Below, piece after piece: positions 24,154-37,359 of a DNA stretch of 64,000 nucleotides; position 1 is the stretch's first letter; each line of letters begins with the position of its first letter. Under the pieces are notes generated by a model, which saw only the letters and a list, made by a program, of their open reading frames with translations, was not told the origin of the DNA and ran no database searches. A program made the translations under genes and the position numbers. Source of the DNA: Sinanodonta woodiana (taxonomy: Eukaryota). The DNA lies in assembly GCA_046254885.1 (NCBI GenBank), contig CM100994.1, positions 93,638,727-93,702,726 on the forward strand. Direction: 5' to 3'.

Positions 24154-25162
24154 TCAATTCATTGGTGGCAACTGAGTGTCCTCAGGAATAACTTGAAGTT
24201 GTTCTCGAGTAAAACTTCTTTGTGACGCAGTAGGGTCCAATTTGTAATACGTTGGCTTATGTGCCGACGATACCGTATCGTAGATTTGATGCGTTGTTGT
24301 ACTCCATATCGGATCTGTTGATCTTCTAACCCCGCCTTCAAGTTCACCGGGTTCATATAAATATCCTACTATGGCATTTCGTGGTAATGGTGCATCGTTG
24401 GAAACTCTTCGATTTTCACCTTTAGATTTTTTATTTATATATATTTTTGTGACCGCGATGGCCGGCTTATCATTTATCGACGATGTGATCTGATTGTTAA
24501 GTGACGCAATAACTTCAGGAAGTCGTTTACCCATTCACGAGATCTATCTTGTTGAATAAATTCTTTTGCTGTCTGATAATAAAATAATTTATCAGCGAGA
24601 GTTCTATTAAATCGTTCAACAATCGCCTGATCACGATGAATTGCAGTATGTCCTCGTCGAATTTTAACATTATGTTGAGCCATCAACGATGACACCTCAC
24701 CGAGAAACTCTCTACCAGGATCAACCTGCAATAGTTTTGGCCAACGTAGAGGACCTTTTTGATATATTTTTTGAACGCCTCAGCAACCTCCGATGATGAT
24801 TTTGTTGATAACGGAAATGCATCCTTGTATCTACTAGCAATATCAACAATTGTTAACGCATACTTGCAAACTTTTCGTTGTCGGAAATTATTCATAATTT
24901 TGTCATGCGGTAAATATAATATATCAGCTTGATGAACCTCATTGGGAACATGAACATCAAATGATCCATAGTTAATCGATGCGGCCTAAGGTAGGTAAAT
25001 CTGCCATATTGCTTGTCGAGTTAACCAATCCTCGGCAACCTTATGTATGAGTTTAGCCATATTAGCTAATTTACCAATAGCGGATATACCCATAAAATAT
25101 CCCTTAGGAGAATAATAAACTTTTTCCATGGAAACTCTTTGAGTTTTAACTTTACTCGCCAT
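24154..25162 (-). pseudogene. rve integrase of I-B (fragmented)
   Basis: N-terminus MASKVKTQRVSMEKVYYSPKGYF, core KYALTIVDIASRY..VDPGREF..ERFNRTL, C-terminus LPRNAIVGYLYEPGELE...YKLDPTASQRSFTREQLQVIPEDTQLPP, spread over 3 frames. Confidence 0.75.
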
Positions 25163-25294
25163 TATACACTTACACGGGAAATTCCATTTCCAAATAACAA
25201 TGTACCTTTCATAGCGGATTTAATAATCGCCGACGCCACGTTTTCCCTAAAAGATTTATCTGGGATGGCATTTATCGCATGAATCAAGTTGACA

Positions 25295-25641
25295 TCAGCA
25301 AGATGACGTTGTTGTACATGCTTCATCGATAGCATTTATAGGTTTTTTTCCGGGATTAGGTTGATCATTGTTGTCAAGAGTGATGTCTAATCGTGTTCCT
25401 GGTCCGCAATAACTATATCCTGGAAGGTGTTTCTCACCTGGATATTTTCCCCATGGAAGTCCTGGTAAACCACTTAATTTGGCGGCGATGTCACCACCTC
25501 GCATTTTTTTTTAAAATCTAAATTTTTTTGTGCCACACGTCGCACAGTTACCAGTAAGTGCATTCCTATTATTTTTGTAACAGTTGTTGTTTCGTTAATT
25601 GTTTGTGTACGCGCCTTACATTTCACACAATATAAATCCAT
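25295..25641 (-). pseudogene. zinc-finger/PLA2 protein of I-B (frameshift plus in-frame TAA)
   Basis: MDLYCVKCKARTQ..., then YSYCGPGTRLD, PINAIDEAC; disrupted. Confidence 0.55.
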
Positions 25642-25671
25642 AATATTATGTATAATACATAGTTATATCTA

Positions 25672-26337
25672 ATGGAAGTGATAAATTTCTCAGCGCTAAA
25701 AATGAAACCACAATGGAAACATCATCCAATGTTACCAAATTCAATTAGAAGTATTATTATAGGTCCATCCGGATGTGGTAAAACTCAACTATTACTAACA
25801 CTAATAATGAAATATACCAACTGGGATAAATTATATTTGATAGCTCCGTCCGTAGATGATCAACGTTGTTATCAAATACTAAAAGATTATAATGAATCAG
25901 CTAAAGAGAGTACCGGTGATGATGTCATCGATGTAATAACTGATATTGATGATGCGCCATCTGTAGATGATCTACATGCAGGAATAAATAACATGATAGT
26001 ATACGATGATGTCATGTTGGATAAACAAACAAAAAATCCAGCTCGGATATTTTCCCGAGGTAGGCATAAGAACGCTGACGTGATATATTTAACTCAGCGG
26101 TATACACAAATACCAAAAGTAATCAGAGACAATTGTAATTTTCTATGTGTATTTAACGGCATCGATATACACACGCTAAGAAATATTTGGCAAACTTGGT
26201 GCTCCGACATGGATTATAATAAATTAAAAACTTTTTTAGTGGAGCTCAATCAACTCCTCATGGGTTTGTTACAATAGCGATGCATGACCCAAACTCACGA
26301 TACCGAATCGGACTTGATAGAATATATCACTGAAAAT
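25672..26337 (+). CDS. packaging ATPase of I-B (C-terminal frameshift)
   Basis: IIGPSGCGKTQLLL, MIVYDDVMLD, RGRHKNADVIYLTQRYTQIPKVIRDNCNFL. The last ~20 aa (HGFVTIAMHDPNSRYRIGLDRIYH) are in another frame. Confidence 0.7.
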
Positions 26338-26589
26338 TTTCCGAATTTTTCACCGACCATCCATAGGATTTTCGTCCTTAAAATTGCAAAGCAATTTCCT
26401 CAATGGTGCCGTCTCATCAACTACAGTGTCATCATTGATAAGGTCTACGGGGTACCCTAACATACCCCAGACATGTACGTGACACTTTTTTTACTGTCAG
26501 ATTGTCAATCTGAGCCTTCTATGTAGTTATTGATGATGGAGCCGTCTCATTGACAGAATAAAAATGATTGGTCCACCCGCTCTGCTGCT
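26338..26589. repeat. TIR-R of I-B
   Basis: Inverse complement of 9618-9882; ends ...gctctgctgct. Confidence 0.75.
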
Positions 26590-28202
26590 GCCTTACACTC
26601 ATCGGTTATTACTTTGCGAAGAAATTCTATTTCATATATGGGAGGTGATGGTAACCAAACATTGGTTTGTTTATCACAGCTAAAAATTACTTCAGATATT
26701 ATCAAATCTATTAAAATATTAACATCTAGCATCCACCGTAATAACACGGTTGGACACCATCGTTTTTCATGTAAATGTCGTCCAATCCAAACATATACGA
26801 TTGGATGTAATCCTTCAGCGAATTTAAACGAAATAACCTCAGCGAATCCCGTTAAAGTATAATCGGGTAATGGTCCATTAACGGATCTTTGAACCATTCT
26901 ATGTGTTGGTAATCCAAATTCGTTATACCATTTATTACATTCACCGCCACCGAGAAAACTTTCTGGGTAGCATGGAATCATGTCAACGGACATCATATCG
27001 GGAAAATTATATTTGGTATTTCACAGTCCGCCTTGGCCGTATTTAACACAGCTCGCACGGACATCCGCGATAAACTTTTTCCTGGTTGGTTCCCAGGAAT
27101 TTTTCTCTCTGGTAAATTGGGCTGCTATCCATGATGCTGTGAAACTTGTTGTCGTGGATATATCTGCTAGCGAATTCTTCCCTGTCGCGTTGCAATGATT
27201 CCGTTCTATAGATGATTGCATCTGCGGTAACAAATTGGTCATATTTGTCACCATCACTTGAGAACAACCAAACATTTACCGGGTTAATATTATCTTTGAT
27301 CCACGTGAACATATCACCGGTATAGTATCTGATTCGTTTTTCACGTGGAAAATCACCTTCGTTAACTCCCCAAGCATGAAAATTGTGGTCGATAATCTCG
27401 ATTGGTGATCCACCCTTGCGATAACAACCAGAATCATAAAATATCCTATCTGGGAGCATTTTCACTATAATCGGGATTTTTAATCTTCGCTCTAACATTT
27501 CAACGTCTTTTCTCGTTGCACCATTTCATTTCTTATCAATGTAATCATTCCATGAATTAATTATATTAAGCCTTTTATCGTTCAGCTTCAAACCTCGCCG
27601 TGAGTTTCTGAAATGTTCAAATACTTGCTCGGTTACACAATTTAGCGTTGTTGATAATCTCATTCTGTCAACTTTTCGTTCATTTGGAGTTTCAACTGGA
27701 TATAATCCATACACGATAATGTTATACGGGTATGCTACGTTGTAATGACTATCAATACCAACTAACACACCAGGTTTAGTTTTTTTCGTTAACACGAATA
27801 ATTTTTTATTATATGTTACTCGTTGACGATGACGGGCTACCTTCCATGACGGGGTTGGTTCACCAAATAGCAAATCAAGGATATCTTGTTTTTTTTACGT
27901 TTTCATCGAGATGGTCTCCGTAAAAAAATACTATAAAATACATCTAACGTATATGGGCAATCAAGATTAATCATCGATGCTATTTCTCGGGCGCGTTTTT
28001 CTGTCATAGTTTCATCGTCGTAGTTTGTTCTGTATGTTGCAAATACGTACGCGGCACCATTCTGCAGATGTTGATATTTAGCTTCACGAATACTATTTAT
28101 AATTCGAGATTTATACTTTGTCGGGGATATTTTCCCATCAAGGTCAACGCGGGTACGATTCCTCGGTTGATTCACCTCGGTAATTTTAGATAATTTTGTC
28201 AT
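26590..28202 (-). pseudogene. replicase N-terminal part of I-A (unknown-function domains; 3 frame breaks), separated from its helicase part by I-B
   Basis: ORF pieces 27903..28202, 27526..27873, 27043..27498 and 26590..26996 are collinear with II-a replicase pieces 44284..42813. Conserved IIDHNxHAW and MxSVDMxxCYPxSFLGxGEC...NGPLPD..LTGFA..SF.FAxxLH..xYVWIG.H motifs. Confidence 0.6.
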
Positions 28203-28262
28203 ATATTATAGTACAGATTTTTTTATTCAATTAAAAATTCTGATTTTTATATAATAATTAAA

Positions 28263-28568
28263 ATGATATACAATAAGTGCTCTTGGAAAAAACTTTCCGC
28301 AGAATACTGTAATCAACGCTGCATTGGAAAATATTGCGCGCACCATAATCATCGATTAAAAAAGGGTGCCCCAGGTACTATCAACTGTGCTAAATGTGAT
28401 AAAATTTTAAAAGGTAAAACCCCGTTATGTGCTGAATGTGGTAGTAAAATTTTTAGGGAGATTGTTAGATACTACAAACAACGATACGGCATCATTGTCA
28501 CCGTAGAAGAATATATAAATGGTAATTACAAGAAAAAACAATTAAAAGAATCAAATCTTGTATTATAA
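28263..28568 (+). CDS. small Cys-rich zinc-ribbon protein
   Basis: 101-aa intact ORF CSWKKLSAEYCNQRCIGKYCAHHNHRL...CAKCDKILKGKTPLCAECG. Confidence 0.5.
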   Translation: MIYNKCSWKKLSAEYCNQRCIGKYCAHHNHRLKKGAPGTINCAKCDKILKGKTPLCAECGSKIFREIVRYYKQRYGIIVTVEEYINGNYKKKQLKESNLVL

Positions 28569-28584
28569 TTTATGGATAAAAATA

Positions 28585-29029
28585 TATTTATTTCTCACCC
28601 TGTGTATGATGATTACGAAGCTTCCAACGATGGAATCATACGACATAAACGATTTAAGAAAAATCTTGGTAATATTAATATATATGGTTATAAACAGGTT
28701 ACTATTTATAAATGTGGAAAATGAAAGTTTATCGTTCTAATAGATTTATCATTGAATGTTCTCACGGGTTGATCCCGAAAGGTTTAGTTGTTGATCACAT
28801 TAACCGAGGTAAACTTGATAACAGATTAGAGAATCTTCGTGTGGTAACTTCACGAGAAAATAATCTAAATTCTGCACCGAGAATTAAATCACAACAACGT
28901 AGACCTGTTATCGGTGTAGTGAATATCTCAGAAAAACTTTTTCCTTCGACGTATTCTACTGGAAAATATTATAATATTCATAGACAATCTATCAAACTAG
29001 TTTCCGATGATATTTATCTAAGTACGTAA
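28585..29029 (+). pseudogene. HNH endonuclease (frameshifted)
   Basis: GIIRHKRFKKNLGNINIYGYKQVTIY then a frame change to RSNRFIIECSHGLIPKGLVVDHINRGKLDNRLENLRVVTSRENN. Confidence 0.55.
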
Positions 29030-29099
29030 TCGAAAAAATTTAAATGTTGGGTGTCTTTTTTATACGTGTAAGATTATGTATATCAGGGTATCACCAATT

Positions 29100-29460
29100 A
29101 GACATAAAATTTCCTTATAGTATAATGGACGACGAAAGATATACTCAACTATGTACCGAACTTGACAAACTTTCTGAGCTAGTCCCGGCAGGAAATAATT
29201 TTACATCGGAATGACTCGATGTGGTATCAATAAGAGATCAGGGAAGGCCATCCTATCGAAACGAATACAGAATTATAAAACTTCTCATTGAATCTCGAAA
29301 TAGGTTGTTTGCGAAAAAGGGGATCGATGTAAAGCTGTTTGTTCCAATAAGTAGAATTATCAGAGATATTGAAAATGATCTCAAAGAAGCATTTAATGAA
29401 CGAGCTCAAATTAAAGCTGCGAATGCTGAATTGGAAAGTTTTCTTAATGCTACACTGTAA
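29100..29460 (+). pseudogene. protein J (in-frame stop)
   Basis: MDDERYTQLCTELDKLSELVPAGNNFTSE* ... RDQGRPSYRNEYRIIKLLIESR. Confidence 0.4.
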
Positions 29461-29477
29461 AAAATTCTAAAATAATT

Positions 29478-30130
29478 TTATTTCACGTTGTCGTTGAAAT
29501 CTTTTTTCTTCATATGATTTTTATTCGTAGATTTCCTTGGAGGCGGTTCTGCCTTCACCTTGTGAATTACTTCTACGGGTTTTACCTCGATGGTTTCTGT
29601 AATCTTGACCAGGATAAATACTTCATATATATTAATTTTTTTAAAGATAATATCAGCTTGCATCTCATCTTTGATATCCCTTATCTGAAGAATGGTGTTT
29701 ACAAATCTATTATAAATCATTATTGCATCATTCTCTTGCTTTCTTGCCGATGCTATCATTTTTTCCAATTCTTCAATCCTCGTTGTGAGTCTAGTAGTTG
29801 ATTCCTTTATTTTTTTTTTCGATATAGTTTTTACGTTCAGCTTCCCAGTTGAAAATTTCTTGTTGTAGTTGTTGTCGTTGAATATTTAACTCGGCAATTT
29901 CATTTCGTAACGCGGTATACTCCTCCGCGAGAACTCTTTTCTTTTCCATATAAATTCGCTTTGTCTCGATATATTCTGTTAGATCTCCCTTTGTAACGGC
30001 GGATTGCGGTGTCTCAGACCAAATTTTATGTAATCGTGATAATCCAATTTTATATTCCCGGGAAACCTCACAAGGTCTTCTTATACCTCGCAGTTAAATT
30101 ATTTCTTTGATGTCTTCGTCGGTGAGATAT
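29478..30130 (-). pseudogene. HTH plus coiled-coil protein I
   Basis: MRAPRYLTDEDIKEII.LRGIRRPCEVSREYKIGLSRLHKIW is continuous with the coiled-coil part here; frameshifted near 29770-29830. Confidence 0.4.
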
Positions 30131-30394
30131 CTTGGCGCGCGCATATATAACAAGGAAAATAAATCATAAAAAAAATAATAGTCAGCAACGATAGATAAAA
30201 AAACGATAATGATAATCCGGGAATTGGAAATCGTGGTTGGAAATTTTAGTCAACAATAATATTTTTTTTAAAAAAAGCTGAAATTTTTTAATATTTTTTT
30301 TCTTTGCTAAACTATTTTCTTGATTTTATTTCACGACGAGGTTATCGCGATGGCAGCGCCGCCAATGAAAACAATGGAAATAATTTTCCCGTTA

Positions 30395-30745
30395 TTATTT
30401 AATTTCAAATGTCATCTGTAATTGTTCACCACGAAGATCAATCAATGAAAAATCCTGATCGGTTATTCTGAAATTTATCCTGGTGATGAAATCATGTATA
30501 GTTCTAAAAAACACTACATTTGGTGGGGTCATCAAGATGAGAGATCTCGGAGATACATTAGGGGAAAATGTATATAATATATATCCTGGAACCGCGATTG
30601 ATTTCGTTGATATATCAATGGAGTAACTATCGAAGATAACATCCGCGATGACATGTATCGCTGTCGTCGATGTGATATTGGCGGAATTGGGTGATCTATG
30701 TTTACCAGTACCCCACGGTGAGTTGTTTGAGCTTAAAATTTTCAA
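30395..30745 (-). CDS. structural-module protein H
   Basis: 116-aa intact ORF, paralog of 58520-58864. Confidence 0.45.
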   Translation of the reverse strand: MKILSSNNSPWGTGKHRSPNSANITSTTAIHVIADVIFDSYSIDISTKSIAVPGYILYTFSPNVSPRSLILMTPPNVVFFRTIHDFITRINFRITDQDFSLIDLRGEQLQMTFEIK

Positions 30746-30877
30746 CGCGGGGTTAATTTTTACCCATAACGCATGAATCTGTGGAAGATATTCATTGATT
30801 AAATATAGTAATGATTTTTTTAGCTCGCGTGCACACCAACCAGGAAATTTATCGTGTAATATATCGTTGTCGGTGAG

Positions 30878-31935
30878 TTAAAATACTCTTTTGAATATTT
30901 CCTTGAGGGGAGATTTATCTTTGTTGATTAACGAAATAAATTTATCATTGATGAAGTTCATATCTGCGAGAATTTGATTGAGTTGCTGTTGCTGTTGCAA
31001 GATTGAACATCTCCCTGTTGTTACATCGAGAAGTAACGACTGTTGAAAGTCACGTCGAAGTTGTTGTAACCGAGATTGAACTGTGCGCATTGACCATTAA
31101 AATACCCGGTGATATCTCTTATCGAATATTCATACGAACGACGATCACCAAGAGCAAACCGAAACACTAAATTACCATGTTGTCGACGCTCCTCCCTTGA
31201 AATAATATCTGTTTAAGTACCATCAAATACTTCGAACGAATACTTACTGTCGATGTCACCTTGTCGTAGAAATTAAAAATTGTATAAATAACCCCGCGAT
31301 GATAAATTACAAACAGGTGAATCGGGTATTTTATTCGTGTAGAAATTAGAGTATTTTGGCTCATGTAATTTATGGTGGACCACATGAAGATTATCCAACC
31401 ATGTGCTACGAGCCTGCGAAAACGATTTATCATAAGGGTACTTATCTCGCTGTGGTTCCGGTGATAAATCGGCAATGTCAACAACACCTGGTGGATACTC
31501 TGGCCAACCCAACAGCGTTCTAATAGTGGAATTATATATATATCAACGGAGTAATTGGGTGAATTTATCTCGATGGAAGTACCTAACAATGGTTCTTTCA
31601 CATGTATTTCAATTGGGAATTTATCGGGTTAATCAGCGATATGTATTTTATTTGGTCCGGTAATTCCTTCGATACGATATGATTTCGCTACTGATATCTT
31701 CAATGTCGTATGCGCCAGTTGGTAACAATATCGTGTGTGATTCTGGTGGCGATTGTGGGGTTTTCTTGTACAAGAACACAAAGCTGTTATTTGGTAGTTT
31801 ACGCTGATACGGTTCAGATCTAACATTTGGCCAACTATAATAAACTCGAAGTTGAGTCAACACGATTCTATTTGCTGGTATCGGGGTTGGAAACTCCACT
31901 GTGAACTCCGGTGATCTTGTTGTCAACGAGATCAT
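30878..31935 (-). pseudogene. candidate minor capsid protein G plus G' (fragmented)
   Basis: Pieces 31648..31935, 31167..31601 and 30878..31090, matching 15547-17172. Confidence 0.4.
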
Positions 31936-32345
31936 TGAAGTTTTTTTCTGTCGTCATTGTTATTATTATTATCTTCCTCTAATTTTGTCATCGCGGAATT
32001 GTACAGCGTGGACATCGTAGAAAATTCCTCAGCGGTGATAACCTCATCATCTATCCCCGCTGAGATCATCGATGATAATTGTAAGTGGGCATCTGACACA
32101 ATTGTATATCTACGATGATAATTACTCAGCTTGGATTGCGAACACGATGATATTTTTTTAGTTATCGCGGTGGTAACCCCGGCTAGCATTGTAATTGTTG
32201 AAATTGCAATGGGAACTGCAATGGGAGCTATCATAGTCACCAAAGATAATATAATACCGGCTGATGCCAATATGCCACATATTGAATAAACTGTGACATC
32301 GATTGCGGTTATTTTTCGTTGATATTTTTTTTAATCTTTGCTCGA
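31932..32345 (-). pseudogene. membrane protein F (N-terminal frame problem)
   Basis: MASAGIILSLVTMIAPIAVPIAISTITMLAGVTTAI. The upstream YQRKITAIDVTVYSICGI is in another frame. Confidence 0.45.
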
Positions 32346-32461
32346 TATTGTTCCGAGAGGGATTTTAACGTCAACGAGTACTCGTTGATGGTATCGTATC
32401 TGTAACGTGATGATGATTCCATTATTGTAAAATGTTTACATGATAATAAATATTAACTCTA

Positions 32462-33430
32462 TTAATTATCCGGCGGAAGATTTGATACATATTCCACCGT
32501 GTAGTATAATCCTGCTCTCACCACGGTATCATCGGGATGAGTTATTGTAATTGATATACTTGTATCATTGATAGCATTTCTCGAAACTTTAAACATTGTC
32601 ATGTTATTAGTCCCCCTCCCAGTATTACCCCTATACGTCCCATCATCAGAAATGCTAGAAGTTTCTAATGAAATATTAAATAAAGGAGAAATAACATCTA
32701 ACAAATCTATTTCAATAAGATTTCTAACAAAAAATATAATCCGATAAATACCCACCACAGATGGAATATTAAATTGTAATTGTTCATTGGTGGTTTTAAC
32801 CCAATCAAATCTTCCACGCGCAACCGTGTATACTATATTGTTAACATTTTTTGCCGGGTGGGGAATTTTTATCCTTCCATGGATATTATTAATTTCCTAT
32901 TCAAGAATTTGTAACCAAATAATATCCGAGTTTATCGTAGAAATTTTTTCTTTAGCGTCATCGATAGATGTTTTAATTTCAGCGAGAGTGGGGGTAATTG
33001 AAATTGGCAACCCAAAGAATTTCGCGATGACATTTCTACGAAAATTGTTATAATCTTTTATATGATCGTCGAGTTCTTTACCGGAATCAGTGATTAGATC
33101 TAACATCAACGACTTAAGTGTTCCAGATTTAAGTACACCGTTGACGTTGTATGATGTCTTAGTGTCCTCGGTGATTCCTGTCGTTGACGTTAAAATTTAA
33201 AATATCCTTCACGGGTAAATTACTAGTTTTTAATGTTCAGTTTTCCTTCTCCGCGAATACAACTATTTCATCCGAGTCTACCTCAGTAAGATTCAATATT
33301 TGTTCGATGTTATCTCGAAGTGTTTTCTTGATATCGTCACCGATGATCTTCGAAATGGCGTCTCTGATGAGTTGTTTTACTATCGCGATTGTAACATCAG
33401 ATTTGAAATACGAAGTTGATCTTCAATAAA
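32462..33430 (-). pseudogene. proteins D and E (fused/fragmented)
   Basis: 32462..32758 carries both the D C-terminal (FNISLETSS) and E (MFKVSRNAINDTSISITITHPDDTVVRAGLYYTVEY) homology. 32897..33109 matches D. Confidence 0.35.
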
Positions 33431-33438
33431 TATCAGCA

Positions 33439-34230
33439 TTATATAACATTGTTACGTCTAATCGTGTATTCATGGATGGCTTTATGCGGTGGTAATGAAC
33501 TTGTCGACGTTGCTACGAGCACGTTAAGAACTTCCCGTCCACATATTGGCGGATCAGTTAATGTCTGAGTGGGTAACGTTGAATACCAAATTGGAAATTT
33601 TTTATTTTCAAGTTCGTGCACATATTTTATAAATTCCCGTGGAGGAGGTAATCCATATGAGTCAAAGTAAACAATACTTCGCGGTGATATTACGTAACAT
33701 ACCCAATGTGTACCAGGTCCGGCATGATCATCTATATTAATTATTCCGGTTTCGGGCATATTTGGTAGTGCTGGTAATTTATCCCTGTTGAAGATACCTC
33801 TGAAATGTTTTATGGGTAACGAGGAAACAGCAAATTCAAGATCAAAATTAGATACGGAACTATTTGCGAAGGATGTTTCACCCCGGATAAACCCGTGTAA
33901 ATCTGCTCCCGGGAAGCCTTAGTCCGGATCCATTTTTTTCCATTGATGGCACCACCGGTAACCTTATCAAGAAGTTTTGATACCCCCCAACCTGCACCAC
34001 CAGATAACACACCAGTTGCCAACGCTGAAAGAGCTGGAATTAGCAGTGGAAGAAATCCTCCATGCTTTATCATGTCGGCGATTGATTTTGCTGAGAATTT
34101 TATCTGAACACCTTTTTTGCTATTTATTTCATCATCGTAATGTTTTTTTCTGACGTGCAGACAACTATAATTTATGTTCTCCAGTGTTCATCTGTGTTGG
34201 CTTTAACGTAATTGTAGTGCCACACTCGCT
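33439..34230 (-). pseudogene. adenain-like protease (fragmented)
   Basis: 33439..33759 carries GPGTHWVCYVISPRSIVYFDSYGLPPP...TQTLTDPPICGREVLNVL. The N-terminal parts are in other frames. Confidence 0.6.
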
Positions 34231-34331
34231 AGCAGACTTTGATTTTAATTTATTAATTTGACCCGGAGACAACTTAACACTGACATACGTATATGGCATT
34301 TTATATTCTAAACATGATCCATCTAATTGTG

Positions 34332-35729
34332 TTATATATTTTCCACCAGTGCATCAAGGACTCGCATTCGTCCTCCACCACCCTCAATTATCATAGATTT
34401 ATCACTGAGTAGAACCGCAATAGCTATAATTCCACCTACCGGAGATTCTCCAACACGAGCTTGAAATTTAACGTCAACGACAGAATGCTTAGATAAATCA
34501 AGATGTTGCAATGAAAAGTAATAGATAGGATAAAGAGTTTTAAAATCCAATTCAGATATTTGTAAACCGGTATCGATATTTTGATCTCACCCCATGAATG
34601 ACCATAGTCGATGATAAGCTCGTCCAATTTGATTATTATCGTAATCGAGAATAAGATTTTCGGCTGGTTCCTGCTGATTACTAATCCGAAGTGAAACCTC
34701 ACTAACTTTATATGAATCAAATATCATATGAGATTGTTCGTGAAGTTCAGCGTGTTGAGTCCTATTATTAGCTTGCAATGAAACAAAGACATGTCTTGGC
34801 GCTGAAACGTTTTTCGTTAGCGCGAGTTGCCAAGTCATTGTACCACCCCCAGAAAATTTTGTAGTGGTCGTTGTAGTATCCATTCATGACAATAATGATC
34901 TTCCTCCTTGATCCATAAAAGATAGCAATCTGGTTTCAGTATATATCGATGGTGTCAATACTGGCATCCACAGTGCTAGCTTTGATAATATTACAAATCC
35001 ATTAGCGACGCTATCAGCTTTCCATAGCGCCAAGTCATCAGATTGTCTTCGTTGTAATACAACCGCATGACTAGCTCCATATATAACTTTTCGGACATCT
35101 CTACAGAAACCAAATATATGAGATAATGGAATAACACATGAAAATCTACCATTGGGGTCCAACATTTTCTTTCGTGTTGCAAAACCTGAATTAAAATTAG
35201 CATTTCTCGAAACCATCACATCCGGAGTTTCATCAGGATAACCTTTAATAGCATGAACGGTAAACTCAGATTGATTTGCAGTATCTTTTGTATCCTTTGA
35301 AAACATCATCGAATGACCAGCAGATTTAATAAAATCATCAGAGTACCTAGCTAACCCGACAATTGTTGTAGCAACATCAACATCGTTATCAATTGCTTTA
35401 ATTTTAGTAGTTCCGATTATATATTGCGTTGAGGCAAATAACGTCATGATACCATTATTGACAAATCGTATATTGGTAGTATCCAAGTTAGCATAATTAG
35501 CACCCGCCTGATTAGATGCTAGCTTACCCTCGACTTCAATAAAGGCCTCAGACGGCAAGAAGTATTTAGATGTGTCATCAAATCTAAGTTCAATACGTGT
35601 TCTCGCATCTGGGTTACTTGCATTATATGAAAAATATTGATAATCTTTCACTGAGTTATTCTTACGTGTTTTAGCATCAATGGCAAAGGCATCATCAATC
35701 TCGTATTCAATCATTATATTGATGACCAT
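34332..35729 (-). pseudogene. candidate major capsid protein (3 ORF pieces)
   Basis: 34884..35729, 34587..34883 and 34332..34550 are collinear with 11360-12734. Confidence 0.4.
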
Positions 35730-35732
35730 GAT

Positions 35733-36099
35733 CTAAATTGATAATTTTAATCCTGAACCATCAATTATTTTTAATTTTTTTCTCGCTAATTTGTTAATTT
35801 CATCAGCGATATCATTTGGCATCTCCTCGGTAGACGGGAATACAACCTGAGTGGGATTTTCATCGGGAGATTTTTTTGAAGATTTTTGCAAGATTATACA
35901 AGTATACACCCGCATCCTTTGCAGCGGTATCACCAATTACCCCGATAGCCTTTAACGCCAACTCTTTCCCGATTGGAAGTATTTTTGGGGCAACTCTTGT
36001 AAATAATCTCGTTACAACATCACCGAGTCCATTTCCGTAGGTTAATTTATAAACAGGTAATCGTGAATTTATTACATGAACTGGTTTAGCTCGATTCAT
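35733..36099 (-). pseudogene. protein C (frameshift)
   Basis: NSRLPVYKLTYGNGLGDVVTRLFTRVAPKILPIGKELALKAIGVIGDTAAKD. Confidence 0.4.
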
Positions 36100-36167
36100 A
36101 CTGCGATGTACATCATGTTATAAAAAACTAATGCTTTCAATATGACGCCGGTGATAAATCACAGTGA

Positions 36168-36590
36168 TCAATCACTGTAGTAATCATCGATGAGTTCATT
36201 AAGAAAACTACGATACATTCCAATATCCATGGCGTGTCCACGAAATAATCGCTGGCAGATTTCAGTAGCCTCGTTGATCAACTCCGGAGAATGATTTCCA
36301 GCACGTTTTTCCCCAATGAGAACTTTCAATCGTGATATATCGTCGATGATACTCCGTGAGAAAGGGATATTACCACCGTGATAAACCTTACCGGATTTTG
36401 TAGGTAACGGTGTAGATAAATCTGCCTCGGCGACGACTTTTCCTTCTTCTGGAACAGCTTCCTCATATGATGGAAGACCTTGTAATATATCTCTTATTTT
36501 ATTTTCATGCCTGGAAAATCGGCCACCCCTCTCTCTACCAGGTACAGATACATCATATTTCCAGCTATACATTTTTATACCACTGATCAA
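36168..36590 (-). CDS. protein B
   Basis: 140-aa ORF ending GGNIPFSRSIIDDISRLKVLIGEKRAGNHSPELINEATEICQRLFRGHAMDIGMYRSFLNELIDDYYSD. Confidence 0.45.
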   Translation of the reverse strand: MISGIKMYSWKYDVSVPGRERGGRFSRHENKIRDILQGLPSYEEAVPEEGKVVAEADLSTPLPTKSGKVYHGGNIPFSRSIIDDISRLKVLIGEKRAGNHSPELINEATEICQRLFRGHAMDIGMYRSFLNELIDDYYSD

Positions 36591-36698
36591 AATCTATACT
36601 TTTTTATAACTAGTATATTTTATGATCTTTCATGTTTTTATATGTATCAATTGCATACTTAGCTAACTCATTAATGTTATCTTTAGATCTAATTTCTT

Positions 36699-37145
36699 CT
36701 AACGTATTTTGAATACATATATACTTCGGCGAAATAACCCTCCATGCTCTTCTTGTTCTACCGGTATAGGTTGTGTAACCACATCTCCGACATCTATCTC
36801 ACCAAATTGTTTCAAAGCTTCCTCCTGTTGTTGTTGTTGACGTTGAGCGGTTACGATACGACCAGGAATAGTTTGTAAAGTTTCCTCCGTTTGCTTAGTT
36901 TGTTCTACTATTTTAGTAGTATCCGCAGCAACCTTAGCAACCTCGGTACCAACATGTGCAGTTACTTCACTGATCGGTTTAAATAATTCTGAGTTAGAAA
37001 TCAAAGATTCAGTACGTGCTTGTTGTTGTCGTTGTGAATTATCTCGAAACGCATCCTGGAGAAGAAGAAATTTTTTGATAGCAGCTAATCTTTCTCTATT
37101 TAATCTAGCTATTTGAGCTTCTCCGACTGGCATTATATAATACAA
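36699..37145 (-). CDS. protein A
   Basis: MPVGEAQIARLNRERLAAIKKF...; single VGTEVAK unit. Confidence 0.45.
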   Translation of the reverse strand: MYYIMPVGEAQIARLNRERLAAIKKFLLLQDAFRDNSQRQQQARTESLISNSELFKPISEVTAHVGTEVAKVAADTTKIVEQTKQTEETLQTIPGRIVTAQRQQQQQEEALKQFGEIDVGDVVTQPIPVEQEEHGGLFRRSIYVFKIR

Positions 37146-37149
37146 TAAT

Positions 37150-37359
37150 CTTCATTGAAATCTTCGGCTGAAAGATCACGTACGCACACAAGCATGTTTA
37201 TGTTGCTAACGCAACAACTATGACGAATTACCCGGTTACATTTTCTTGCTATGTTCGACGATATTATTTTGGCATTATGAGGCGTTATCATGTATTTTGC
37301 TTATCGGTATATAACAATGATGAGAAGAAAAAAAGTTCTGGGTTTACCCCCGTTGCTGC
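37150..37359. repeat. terminal inverted repeat (right) of I-A
   Basis: Inverse complement of 5748-5957; terminus ...ccccgttgctgct followed by the TSD gttca. Confidence 0.7.

Larger units (their letters stand above)
20216..24191 (+). pseudogene. replicase of I-B (conserved central domain plus SF1 helicase); lacks the ~450-aa N-terminal domain, frameshifted and split by a MULE insertion
   Basis: MMSVDMIACYPGSFLGGGEC... central domain, then a helicase with LNGPGGCGKTT, CGDHAQPPPF, STIHSPQGLTIIDTIMWII. Transposon at 20987-22967. Confidence 0.7.
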